DNA from: Ignavibacteriota bacterium
Lineage (GTDB): Bacteria > Bacteroidota > Ignavibacteria > UBA10030 > UBA6906
Length of the DNA stretch: 64,000 nt
Direction: 5' to 3'
Assembly: GCA_003162635.1 (NCBI GenBank)
Contig: PMNE01000065.1
Coordinates: forward strand, 50,398-114,397
The notes beneath the pieces were generated by a model, which saw only the letters and a list, made by a program, of their open reading frames with translations, was not told the origin of the DNA and ran no database searches. Of the stretch, positions 9,412 through 18,275 are shown piece by piece. Each line of letters begins with the position of its first letter. Position 1 is the stretch's first letter. The translations under genes and the position numbers were made by a program.

Positions 9412-10398
9412 TCAGCCCAGTTTCATCGCACTGTGGACTTCCCCCATGGTCATCCGAGCCCGTGCGCGGGCGCGCTGCTCCCCGTCTGCAAGGATATCCC
9501 TGATGATGCCTGGGTTCGCCTCCAACTCCGCCCGTTTTTCACGGAAGGGCGCGAGCACATCCGTCAAACGCGCGGCGATCCGTTTCTTGCATTCAACGCA
9601 TCCGAGGGCGCCGCTTCTGCAGCCCGATTCTATCTCTGACACTTCCCCGGGAGAGAATCTCTGGTGGTATTTGAACACCAGGCAGATTTCCGGCCGCCCC
9701 GGATCGTTCCTGCGTACTTTCTGCGGATCGGTCACTGCCGTTCTCAGTTTCGCCTGGATCTGGTCGGGTTGGTCGGACAGCAGGATGGAATTGCCGGCCG
9801 ATTTGCTCATCTTCCTGTCCACGCCGTCCAATCCGGGCAGACGAGCGAAGCGCGTCAGTTTCGGTTCGGGTTCCGGAAAGACCGTTCCGTACTGTGCGTT
9901 GAACCGCCGTGCAATCTCGCGTGCAATTTCAACGTGCGGAACCTGATCCTCGCCGACGGGAACGAGTTCCCCTTTATAGAGGAGAATATCCGCAGCCTGC
10001 AGCACAGGATAGCCCAGATGCCCGTAGGTGATATTTTCGATGTGGAGATCGCGCACCTGGTCTTTGACGGCGGGATTCCGTTCGAGGCGTGCCGCGGTGA
10101 TCAGCATCGAGAAGAGCAGATGGAGCTCCGTGTGTTCTTTGACCTGCGACTGGCGGAAGATGGGGCTCCGGACCGGATCGATGCCGGCCGCAACCCAGTC
10201 GATAACCATGTCGAACGAGTTCCCCTCGATCCCGGAGGAGTCAAGGTCTGTCGTCAAGGCGTGGTAGTCGGCAATCAGGTGATAATTTGCATATTCCCCC
10301 TGGAGAGCCACCCAGTTCTCCAGGGCGCCGACCAGGTGGCCGAGGTGCAGCTTGCCTGTCGGCCGCATGCCGCTCAGAATCGTCTTGGCGCGAGTCAC
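9412..10398 (-). CDS. trpS: tryptophanyl-tRNA synthetase
   Basis: 328 aa; class I HIGH-like (GKLHLGHLVG) and KMSKS motifs; GTG start. Confidence 0.92.
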   Translation of the reverse strand: MTRAKTILSGMRPTGKLHLGHLVGALENWVALQGEYANYHLIADYHALTTDLDSSGIEGNSFDMVIDWVAAGIDPVRSPIFRQSQVKEHTELHLLFSMLITAARLERNPAVKDQVRDLHIENITYGHLGYPVLQAADILLYKGELVPVGEDQVPHVEIAREIARRFNAQYGTVFPEPEPKLTRFARLPGLDGVDRKMSKSAGNSILLSDQPDQIQAKLRTAVTDPQKVRRNDPGRPEICLVFKYHQRFSPGEVSEIESGCRSGALGCVECKKRIAARLTDVLAPFREKRAELEANPGIIRDILADGEQRARARARMTMGEVHSAMKLG

Positions 10399-10470
10399 AG
10401 CAATGTGTGTGTGTGAATATCTCAGATTCGTGTGGGGATGCAGCGATGCCGCAAGTGTTCCCGGGATCGC

Positions 10471-10932
10471 CTACTGGAGGAAGAGGTAAGGTTTCCAGCG
10501 CTCGTCGACGACGCCCATGACATGCCGGATAAATGTGACATGATTCGGCCGCATCGGCTTTCGTCGCAGCGGCATGCATGCCTCCTCGGGCGTCTGATCC
10601 CCCTTCCGGTTGTTGCACTTGACGCACGCGCAGACGAGATTCTCCCACGAATCGTCGCCGCCGCGGGACGCAGGCACAACATGGTCAAGCGTCAATGCAA
10701 TATCCGCCCTGCCGCAGAACTGGCAACGATGGCCGTCCCTGCGAAGAATATTCTTGCGGGAAAGGATGATGTTCTTGAAGGGAATCCGGACGTACATTGA
10801 GAGGCGGACAATGCTCGGGAAGGGCATGGACATCGAGACCGAGCGGATTTGACGTCCTGTGTGTGCCTCAATCAGTTCCGCCTTCCCAAGGTAGAGAAGA
10901 ACGATGGCTTTCTTGGCATTGATGACGCTCAT
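10471..10932 (-). CDS. HNH endonuclease (standalone, small)
   Basis: 153 aa; HNH motif (HRCQFCGRADIALTLDHVVPASRGGDDSWENLVCACVKCNNRKG). Confidence 0.85.
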   Translation of the reverse strand: MSVINAKKAIVLLYLGKAELIEAHTGRQIRSVSMSMPFPSIVRLSMYVRIPFKNIILSRKNILRRDGHRCQFCGRADIALTLDHVVPASRGGDDSWENLVCACVKCNNRKGDQTPEEACMPLRRKPMRPNHVTFIRHVMGVVDERWKPYLFLQ

Positions 10933-11073
10933 TGGCTCATAGTTCTGGTTCAGAATCAGAACCTTGGCATTGAGTCTCCCGTCGCCATTCCGTGCCTGGA
11001 CATGCGCGCTGAAGTCTTTAGAACCTCCTCACTGTCGGCTGGGTTCAATAATCGCCGTCTGTTGCTTTTGAAA

Positions 11074-11102
11074 AATATACAACCCACGTCCTTCATTGTC
11101 AA
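11074..11102 (-). promoter_or_regulatory. near-consensus sigma70 promoter (TTGACA-N17-TATATT) reading into HNH gene
   Basis: Minus-strand reading: TTGACA (11102..11097), 17-nt spacer, TATATT (11079..11074). Sits between the degP terminator and the HNH gene, ~135 nt leader. Confidence 0.5.
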
Positions 11103-11130
11103 GCAACGGGCGAGGGCGAGCACAAGATCC

Positions 11131-11167
11131 CCGAAAACAACGACGCCCCGGAAGGCCGGGGCGTCGT
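11131..11167 (-). terminator. intrinsic terminator downstream of degP
   Basis: 12-bp GC-rich stem (11140..11151 / 11156..11167, loop GAAG), followed on the minus-strand RNA by UUGUUUUC; 11 nt after degP stop. Confidence 0.55.
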
Positions 11168-11178
11168 CAACGGGGACC

Positions 11179-12714
11179 TTACTTGTCCCGGGGAATCTGG
11201 AGGGCGACGAATGCCAGCCCGCCTTCCGTCTTGACCCGCAAGAGAAGCGAGTCACCCGATTTCTTCCCGTCGATGATCTTCTTCAGGTCAGAGGAAGAGT
11301 GGACTGCTTTCCGATCCGCCTCGACGATCACCGCGTTCTTCGCCAGAAAGCGGTTGTATGCCTCGCCAAACTGCTTCACATCCGTGATCATCGCGCCGCC
11401 GTCAACACCGAGACTTTTCTTCTCGTCCGATGAAAGGGAGCGGACGGTCATTCCCAGGTTATCAAGTTTCAGGGCCTTGGCGGATTCCGCCGCCTCACCC
11501 TCTTCCTCGTCCTCTTTCGGCTCAGCCGCCTCGGCGATCTTCTTCTCCTCCTCGCGCGCCTTGAGAGTCACCTTCTTCTCGGTCACGGCCCCCTCGCGGT
11601 ACACTTTCAATGTCACGACATCGCCGGGGTGGTGCGTTGCGACATAGCTCTGCAGTTCGTTGGCGGCATTGACCTCCCTGCCGTCGACCGTCAGGATCAC
11701 GTCACCGTCCTTCAATCCGGCCGCCTCTCCCGCCCCGCCCTTCACCGTGTTCTGGACAATCACACCTTTGGCTTCCTTTAAACCGAGGGCATCGGCCATG
11801 GTCTGATCCACCGGCCCGATCTTCACACCGATGTACCCGCGTCTGACCTTCCCATCCCTGATGAGATCGGTGGCAACCGTCGTGAGGAGATTGACGGGAA
11901 CCGCGAAGCCGTATCCCTGATAGCCCGCATTAGTCGTCGCGATCGCCGTGTTAATGCCGATCACTTCCCCCCGCAGATTTACCAGCGCCCCGCCGCTGTT
12001 CCCGGGGTTGATCGCGGCATCCGTCTGGATGAAATCCTCGATCCCGTACCCATTGTTGTCTCTGATGATATTGATGTTTCTTCCGACGGCGCTGATGATC
12101 CCGGCAGTCACGGTCGAGGTGAGATTGAGGGGGTTCCCTATCGCCAGAACCCATTCCCCCACCTGCACGCTGTCGGAATTCCCGAGCGCAGCGAGCGGGA
12201 GATCATGCGCATCGATCTTGATGATGGCGATGTCGGTGGACGGATCCGTGCCGATGAGCTTCGCCCTGTAGCGGACCTTGTCCTGCATGACGACTTCAAT
12301 GCCGTCCTTGCCCGCATCGTCCACGACATGGTTATTGGTTGCGATGTAGCCGTCGCGGGTGACGATGACTCCCGAGCCCGATCCCTGTTCCGGATGGGGT
12401 TCTGGATTCTGATACCCGGGTCCGAAGAAATGGAAAAAATCCCGCGGCATATTCTGCTGCGCTTTTTTTCCTGTCGTCGTCACGTTGATGGCAACGACGG
12501 AAGGGGTGACCGCCTTTGCCACCGAGACGAAATTGTCGCTCATCGCTTTCAGGCTCCCGTTGCTGACGACAGGAGCGGGCCCGCCGAGTTTGACATCGCC
12601 TCCGCCCGTGGCAAATCCAAGCCCCACCCCACCGCTGAAGTTCGACACCAGCACAGCACCAAACACGATGCCCACCGTGACCAGCACGAGCGACGTCAAC
12701 ACGCTTCTCTTCAT
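11179..12714 (-). CDS. degP: periplasmic serine endoprotease DegP/HtrA (trypsin domain + 2 PDZ)
   Basis: 511 aa; signal peptide, catalytic GNSGGALVN, PDZ regions; SD GGGAGGAAG 8 nt upstream. Confidence 0.92.
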   Translation of the reverse strand: MKRSVLTSLVLVTVGIVFGAVLVSNFSGGVGLGFATGGGDVKLGGPAPVVSNGSLKAMSDNFVSVAKAVTPSVVAINVTTTGKKAQQNMPRDFFHFFGPGYQNPEPHPEQGSGSGVIVTRDGYIATNNHVVDDAGKDGIEVVMQDKVRYRAKLIGTDPSTDIAIIKIDAHDLPLAALGNSDSVQVGEWVLAIGNPLNLTSTVTAGIISAVGRNINIIRDNNGYGIEDFIQTDAAINPGNSGGALVNLRGEVIGINTAIATTNAGYQGYGFAVPVNLLTTVATDLIRDGKVRRGYIGVKIGPVDQTMADALGLKEAKGVIVQNTVKGGAGEAAGLKDGDVILTVDGREVNAANELQSYVATHHPGDVVTLKVYREGAVTEKKVTLKAREEEKKIAEAAEPKEDEEEGEAAESAKALKLDNLGMTVRSLSSDEKKSLGVDGGAMITDVKQFGEAYNRFLAKNAVIVEADRKAVHSSSDLKKIIDGKKSGDSLLLRVKTEGGLAFVALQIPRDK

Positions 12715-12777
12715 ACCAACTTCCTCCCTGAATAGTTCAGTTTTGTTCTTCTTTCTCTTGAGACACGCGAACGGCGT

Positions 12778-13581
12778 TCAAAGTTGAATGTCTCCGGCGA
12801 GGGGCCCGCTGCCGGACTGCAGTAATGAGGAAAACACCGCTTCCGAGCGGAGAGTTCTCAATCCTTCCACGTGCCCCACGAGGAGCCGCCGCAGCACGCC
12901 CGCAACCTCCCCTTTCACCTGCGGCGAAAGAGTCATGCGTGTCACCGCTTCCGGATCCCTGATTTCCTGGAGACGCTGCAGGATTTTGGCCGCAGGCGCA
13001 GAAAGCGGCTCGATTCCCATCCCCCTCCGGGCGCACTTCGCGCAGACAACGCCATGCTGGCTCACATGCAATCCATGGATGGAAGCAGCATCTTCCAACG
13101 ATGCGCCGCAGTGGGAACAACGGTGAAAACCCGGCGAGAATCCCAGGTTTTCCAACAACCGTGTCTCAAAGTAGTATAACGTATTTCCGGGGTTTCTTGT
13201 TGCACGCGCCGCAGTGGCAAGAGTGCTGAGGAGGAGATCGAGGAGGGGGGCATTCTCCTCTTCCGCCGGCGTGACCGCGTCAACCAATTCCACGGCGGCC
13301 ATGCCCACAGCCATGCGTTCTACATCATCCGTCAGCCCCTTCAATGAGCGGACAAGATCGCACTGGCTGAGCAACTGCAGCTCACGGGTCTGCTTGTAAT
13401 AATACACCGCGGTCACATGATTCATCGGCTGCAATGAAGGACCCAGGCGGCTCTTCCGATCGCGCGCTCCTTTCGCGATCACGCCGATTTTTCCCGCAAC
13501 ACGGGTGAAGAGAGTGGCGATGAGACTCGTTTCCCCGTATTTCAGCGTTCGGAGAACGACGGCTTCCGTGGTAACGATCAT
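12778..13581 (-). CDS. recO: DNA repair protein RecO
   Basis: 267 aa; OB-fold N-terminus, C-terminal zinc finger CSHCG...CAKC. Confidence 0.88.
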   Translation of the reverse strand: MIVTTEAVVLRTLKYGETSLIATLFTRVAGKIGVIAKGARDRKSRLGPSLQPMNHVTAVYYYKQTRELQLLSQCDLVRSLKGLTDDVERMAVGMAAVELVDAVTPAEEENAPLLDLLLSTLATAARATRNPGNTLYYFETRLLENLGFSPGFHRCSHCGASLEDAASIHGLHVSQHGVVCAKCARRGMGIEPLSAPAAKILQRLQEIRDPEAVTRMTLSPQVKGEVAGVLRRLLVGHVEGLRTLRSEAVFSSLLQSGSGPLAGDIQL

Positions 13582-14639
13582 GGGGCGGCTTCAGCGGCGG
13601 GACGCTCGCGAGTGACGGCAGCGATGGATTCATGGTACGGGGGACGGAGAACCGCTTTCTCGGTGATAATGGCGGTAATCAGCGAGGCGGGTGTCACGTC
13701 GAACGCGGGGGCAAAGACCTTCACGCCTGCCGCCGCAATGCGCCGGCCGCCGATATGTGTGACTTCTTCCGACGGCCGCTCTTCAATGGGAATGCCATCC
13801 CCGTCCGGCGTTGCGGGATCGATCGTGGACGTGGGGGCGGCGACATAGAAAGGGATACCATGGCGGGCGGCGAGAACGGAGAGCGGATACGTGCCGATCT
13901 TGTTCGCAGCATCTCCGTTCGCCGCAATGCGGTCAGCACCTACGATGACGGCCTGTACTTTTCCCTGCCGCAGCACTGTCGCAGCGGTGCTGTCCGTCAT
14001 GAGGACCACTTCAATCCCCTGCCGGACAAGTTCCCACGCGGTGAGTCGCGCACCCTGGAGCAGAGGTCTCGTCTCATCAACATACACGCGGGTGACTTTT
14101 CCTTCCCTCGCCGCGGCGGTAATCACGCTGAGAGCCGTCCCTTCCCCCGCGGTCGCCAACGCCCCGGCATTGCAGTGGGTGAGGACGCTCGTGCCGGGCC
14201 GGATCAGTTCTGCGCCGAGCGTCCCGATACGACGGCAGGATTCGACATCCTCCCGCTGGATCGCCAGGGCTTCTTCCCTCACTCTTCGAAGAAGTTCGGA
14301 TGGGGGGAAGGACTCCCCGCCATCGACGGCATGCCTCATTCTTTGCAGAGCCGCAAAGAGATTGACCGCCGTCGGACGCGTGGAAGCGAGGGAGGACACC
14401 GCTTCGTTCATCGCCGAGAGGAAATCGCGTGCAGAGGGGAATTCCTTCCCTGTCACCGCGGCCAGAACTCCGAACGCCGCAGCGACGCCGATCGCCGGCG
14501 CACCGCGTATGCGGAGCGATGTGATCGCTTCGCCGACAACGCGATAGTCCGCAGTTTCTGCATAGATCTCCTCCGCGGGAAGCCGCGTCTGGTCGATGAA
14601 CCGCACTTTCCCTTCCACCCAGGCGACAGTCGTGAACAC
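13578..14639 (-). CDS. mtnA: S-methyl-5-thioribose-1-phosphate isomerase family (MtnA/eIF2B-like; possibly 5-deoxyribose-1-P isomerase)
   Basis: 353 aa; MtnA N-terminus (VRFIDQTRLP...IRGAPAIGVAAAFG), C-terminal isomerase motifs. Confidence 0.85.
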   Translation of the reverse strand: MFTTVAWVEGKVRFIDQTRLPAEEIYAETADYRVVGEAITSLRIRGAPAIGVAAAFGVLAAVTGKEFPSARDFLSAMNEAVSSLASTRPTAVNLFAALQRMRHAVDGGESFPPSELLRRVREEALAIQREDVESCRRIGTLGAELIRPGTSVLTHCNAGALATAGEGTALSVITAAAREGKVTRVYVDETRPLLQGARLTAWELVRQGIEVVLMTDSTAATVLRQGKVQAVIVGADRIAANGDAANKIGTYPLSVLAARHGIPFYVAAPTSTIDPATPDGDGIPIEERPSEEVTHIGGRRIAAAGVKVFAPAFDVTPASLITAIITEKAVLRPPYHESIAAVTRERPAAEAAP

Positions 14640-14642
14640 AGC

Positions 14643-15557
14643 TTAGTCCTCGTCAAAGCGGGACAGCTCGCGGAATTGGCGGAAACGATCCTGGATACTG
14701 AGATAGGTCAGATCGGCGAGTCCATCGACGCCGAATTTCTCAACACAGAAGGAAGCCAGCGTGCTCCCGTAGATCACCGCCCGCTTCAGGTTTTCCTCCG
14801 ACATGTCGTCCGTCCTCGCCAGCCAACCGACAAATCCTCCCGCAAACGCATCCCCGGCACCCGTCGGGTCGAAGATGTTTTCCATCGGATACGCAGGGGC
14901 GGAGAAGACCAATTGGTCCGTCAGGAGGAGTGCGCCATGTTCCCCCTTCTTCACGATGACGACGCTTGGCCCCATCTGCCTGATGGTGCGTCCCGCCTTA
15001 AAGAGATTCGGTTCGTGGGACAGAAGGCGGGCTTCCGAATCGTTGAGGATAAGGACGTTGATCTGCTTCAGGGTTTCCCGCAACTCTTCATTCTTCCGCT
15101 CGATCCAATAATTCATCGTATCGCAGACGACAAACCTCGGTTTCTCCAACTGGTCGAGAACACGCCGTTGAAGGACAGGATCGATGTTGCCAAGACAGAT
15201 GATATTGTTCTTTCGATATTTTTCCGGAATGACAGGATCGAACTTTTCGAAGACATTGAGATCGGTCGAAAGAGTATCCCGTTCGTTCAGATCGTAGTGG
15301 TAGCGGCCGGCCCAGCGGAAGGTCTTCCCCTCGCGAATGACCTGCAGCCCTTCCAGATCCACATTGCGCCTTTCCAGGAAATCAATCCCCTCCTGGGGGA
15401 AATCTCCACCCACCACCCCCACAAGCCGTATGGGACTGTTGAAGTAGCTCGCGGCAGCGGAGATGAAAGTGGCGGAGCCGCCCACTTTGTCTTTCGCCGA
15501 TCCAAAGGGTGTCTCGATGGAATCAAGCGCGAGGGATCCTACGACGAGAACGCTCAC
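14643..15557 (-). CDS. PfkB-family carbohydrate kinase
   Basis: 304 aa; ribokinase-like fold motifs (DPTGAGDAFAGGFV). Immediately upstream of mtnA-like gene with a 3-nt gap. Confidence 0.85.
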   Translation of the reverse strand: MSVLVVGSLALDSIETPFGSAKDKVGGSATFISAAASYFNSPIRLVGVVGGDFPQEGIDFLERRNVDLEGLQVIREGKTFRWAGRYHYDLNERDTLSTDLNVFEKFDPVIPEKYRKNNIICLGNIDPVLQRRVLDQLEKPRFVVCDTMNYWIERKNEELRETLKQINVLILNDSEARLLSHEPNLFKAGRTIRQMGPSVVIVKKGEHGALLLTDQLVFSAPAYPMENIFDPTGAGDAFAGGFVGWLARTDDMSEENLKRAVIYGSTLASFCVEKFGVDGLADLTYLSIQDRFRQFRELSRFDED

Positions 15558-15644
15558 ATGTGTCTCCGGAGGTGGAAAGGTGAGGAAACAGTGGACAATT
15601 CATTCAATGTACGCAACGCTTGCCTGATCTGCAACAGACCCTGT

Positions 15645-16118
15645 CTATCGCGGGAGCGGTATTTCACTCAACGACGCGGCTTCCTCGCCTGCCACGAGTG
15701 ATTCATGAACCACGGAGAGACCTGCCCGCTGTCCCGGCCATACGAGCCGGTTGCGCGCCTGGACGAGCGGGAGCCACACACAGACCGAATGCTCCGTGGA
15801 AAGGCAAGGCATGTCCGACCCACCCACCTGCGCCGCGAAGAACGGGACCAGATTGACCGCATCACGCCGATGGTCGTAGAATGTGCCGGTGAACGGGACG
15901 ACCCAGAAGTGGGTCGCCGCAAGGCCGGTTTCCTCCTTCATCTCCCTGAGGGCGGCGTGCAATGCGGTCTCTCCTTCCTCAATCGTTCCCGTGACGATCT
16001 GCCAGAGGCCTGGATATACCTCCTCGTCGGCAGCGCGTCGCAGGAGAAGATATTCCGGACGGTCTTTCACCATTCTGAACACGCACACTTCGACCATCCG
16101 GGCGACGATGGCGCTCAT
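15645..16118 (-). CDS. NUDIX hydrolase
   Basis: 157 aa; Nudix box GTIEEGETALHAALREMKEETGL. Confidence 0.85.
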   Translation of the reverse strand: MSAIVARMVEVCVFRMVKDRPEYLLLRRAADEEVYPGLWQIVTGTIEEGETALHAALREMKEETGLAATHFWVVPFTGTFYDHRRDAVNLVPFFAAQVGGSDMPCLSTEHSVCVWLPLVQARNRLVWPGQRAGLSVVHESLVAGEEAASLSEIPLPR

Positions 16119-16900
16119 GATTCCCCTCCGAGAGATTGTTGGCGCATAAGGATTCTGACAGCAAGCGACGAGAGGGACCGGACACCGCCCGGCGGCAGAC
16201 CGCCGATCGTGAACGGTCCGATGGCGACGCGATGGAGGCCGATCACCTGGTACCCCAATGCTTCCAACATCCTCCGAATTTCCCGGTTCTTCCCTTCGAT
16301 GAGCGTGATCCGTATCCGGCGGCCATCCGTCGGATCGATCGAGAGGACGGCGGGGCGGAACGTGTTCCTTCCCACGGTCATCCCGCCCCGGATCAGCTCC
16401 GCGTCTGCAAACGTCATGGCATGATCCACATGAACGACATACACTTTCGGGACTTTGCCTCCGGGGGCGGTGATCGCCTCTCCAAAGCGGGTGTCATTGG
16501 TGAGGAGCAGCAGGCCTGAACTCTCTTTGTCAAGCCGTCCCACCGGGAACACCCAGGGTGTCTCATCCGGCAGCAGATCGTAGACGGTCGCACGCCCCTT
16601 TTCATCCGACCGGGTCGTGACGACGCCGGCCGGTTTATGGAGCATCAGGTACACGTGCTTGTGCTTTCGAACGACCTCTCCCCGGACGGCAATCCGGTCG
16701 GTTCGCGGATCGATCCACCGGTCAGGATCGCGGACCGCGCGCCCGTTGACCGTCACGCCCCCGTCCCGGATCAATGTGCCCGCTTCCGTCCTTGAGGCCA
16801 CGCCGAGCTTGGAGAGGGCGCGTGCGAGCGTCACCCGGTCGCCCCGGCGTTGCGACGAAGCTTCCTCCCCTTGCGGCCGTTTGCTCATCCGCGCAGCCAT
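16115..16900 (-). CDS. pseudouridine synthase, RsuA/RluB/RluF family
   Basis: 261 aa; S4 domain plus GRLDKESSGLLLLTNDT catalytic motif. Confidence 0.85.
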   Translation of the reverse strand: MAARMSKRPQGEEASSQRRGDRVTLARALSKLGVASRTEAGTLIRDGGVTVNGRAVRDPDRWIDPRTDRIAVRGEVVRKHKHVYLMLHKPAGVVTTRSDEKGRATVYDLLPDETPWVFPVGRLDKESSGLLLLTNDTRFGEAITAPGGKVPKVYVVHVDHAMTFADAELIRGGMTVGRNTFRPAVLSIDPTDGRRIRITLIEGKNREIRRMLEALGYQVIGLHRVAIGPFTIGGLPPGGVRSLSSLAVRILMRQQSLGGES

Positions 16901-17463
16901 AGCAGGGTGATCACAAAGACGATGAGAAGTATGAGCGACACAGCGGGAACGATTCTGGTCACATACGGTTTCGCGGCAGGGCCGAAGCGAAACAGGAGGA
17001 AGGCCACAAAATAGAACCGGATGATTCTGCCTGCAAGCGCACCGAGGAGGAGCGTCGAAAGAGCGAGCGTCCGGTGGAATCCCGCGGCAAGTGTGAACAC
17101 GGTGAACGGGATCGACGTAAACCCGGAAAAGAGGAGCGTGAGGAAGGCATGGTCATGATAGAGGCGGAGGACGTCCTCAAACCGTCCGTTCATTCCCATG
17201 GCGCTCAGCACTCCCCCGCCGAGAGTGTCGAAGAGTGTCGCGCCGACCAGATACCCCACTGCAGCCCCCGCCACCGACCCGGCGATGCAGAGCGATGCAT
17301 AGGAAAACGAAGCGCGCGGACGGAGAAGGCAGAGCGGGAGCAGAAGCAGATCGACGGGGAGGGGAAAGACGGCCGATTCAATAAATGGAATGATGAATAA
17401 ACCGCCGATCGCCGCGGGCCGATCCGACAGTGATTCGAGCCAGTCGGCAAACCGGGGCTTCAT
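16885..17463 (-). CDS. DedA/VTT-family inner membrane protein
   Basis: ORF track starts at 17595; likely start MKPRFADW at 17463 abutting upstream gene stop; hydrophobic SNARE-associated/DedA-like profile. Confidence 0.6.
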   Translation of the reverse strand: MKPRFADWLESLSDRPAAIGGLFIIPFIESAVFPLPVDLLLLPLCLLRPRASFSYASLCIAGSVAGAAVGYLVGATLFDTLGGGVLSAMGMNGRFEDVLRLYHDHAFLTLLFSGFTSIPFTVFTLAAGFHRTLALSTLLLGALAGRIIRFYFVAFLLFRFGPAAKPYVTRIVPAVSLILLIVFVITLLWLRG

Positions 17464-18275
17464 TCCGACGGAGACTGAAAGTGAGAAAGGACAACGCCGC
17501 AAGCGACTGCAACATTGAGCGACTCTGCAGCACCCATGCGCGGGATCGTCACGCGGACGTCCGCCATTGCCCCGATCTTTCCGGAGACGCCCCATGCTTC
17601 GTTCCCGAACACCACGAGAGACCGCCCTTCCGGATGGACGGTGCCGACGGGTTTCCCTCCCGTCAGTTCCGTCACGTACACGGTGTATCCCTGTTCCCGG
17701 GCAGCCGGAACAAAAGCGGCGAGGTCAACGTCCGTGGCAACGGGAAGATGAAACATTCCCCCCATCGTCGCACGGACGACCTTCGGATTATAAAGGTCAG
17801 CGCTTGTTTGCCCCGCAATGACGGCATCGACGCCAAACCAATCACACGTCCGGATGATCGTCCCGACGTTTCCCGGATCGGCAACGCCGTCGAGTGCCAC
17901 GAGGCAGCGGCCCGAACCCCGGGACTCCAGGATCCTCCCGGCTTCCGCAGGGCGCTGGCGCACGATGGCGAGGATCCCCGAGGCGTGCACGGTCCCCGCG
18001 ATCCGAGCCATTTCGCGCGCAGAGATGCGCTCGACGATCGCGCAGCGCCGCCGGAGCGTCTCCAGAAGTTCCGGCTCCACGGACTCTCCGGCGGCTTCGG
18101 CCGTATAGAATACTTCGACAATCTCGAAATCGGAAGCAGCCGCCTCGCGCATGAGACGGACTCCCTCGACGATGAACAGACCGGTCTCGTCGCGCTCCTT
18201 CTTCTGGGCAAGTGAACGGATGGTCTTGACCCTGTTCTTGGGAAGGGACACGGTCATTCCGCGTATTCTCCCCAC
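17460..18275 (-). CDS. TrmH/SpoU-family RNA 2'-O-methyltransferase
   Basis: 271 aa; SpoU motifs ([25 protein letters not shown]...[11 protein letters not shown]...[12 protein letters not shown]). Alternative ATG at 18257. Confidence 0.85.
   Translation of the reverse strand: MGRIRGMTVSLPKNRVKTIRSLAQKKERDETGLFIVEGVRLMREAAASDFEIVEVFYTAEAAGESVEPELLETLRRRCAIVERISAREMARIAGTVHASGILAIVRQRPAEAGRILESRGSGRCLVALDGVADPGNVGTIIRTCDWFGVDAVIAGQTSADLYNPKVVRATMGGMFHLPVATDVDLAAFVPAAREQGYTVYVTELTGGKPVGTVHPEGRSLVVFGNEAWGVSGKIGAMADVRVTIPRMGAAESLNVAVACGVVLSHFQSPSE

Noticed and set aside
13632-15701. 689-aa plus-strand ORF
   Set aside because: Antisense shadow of mtnA-like and PfkB kinase genes.
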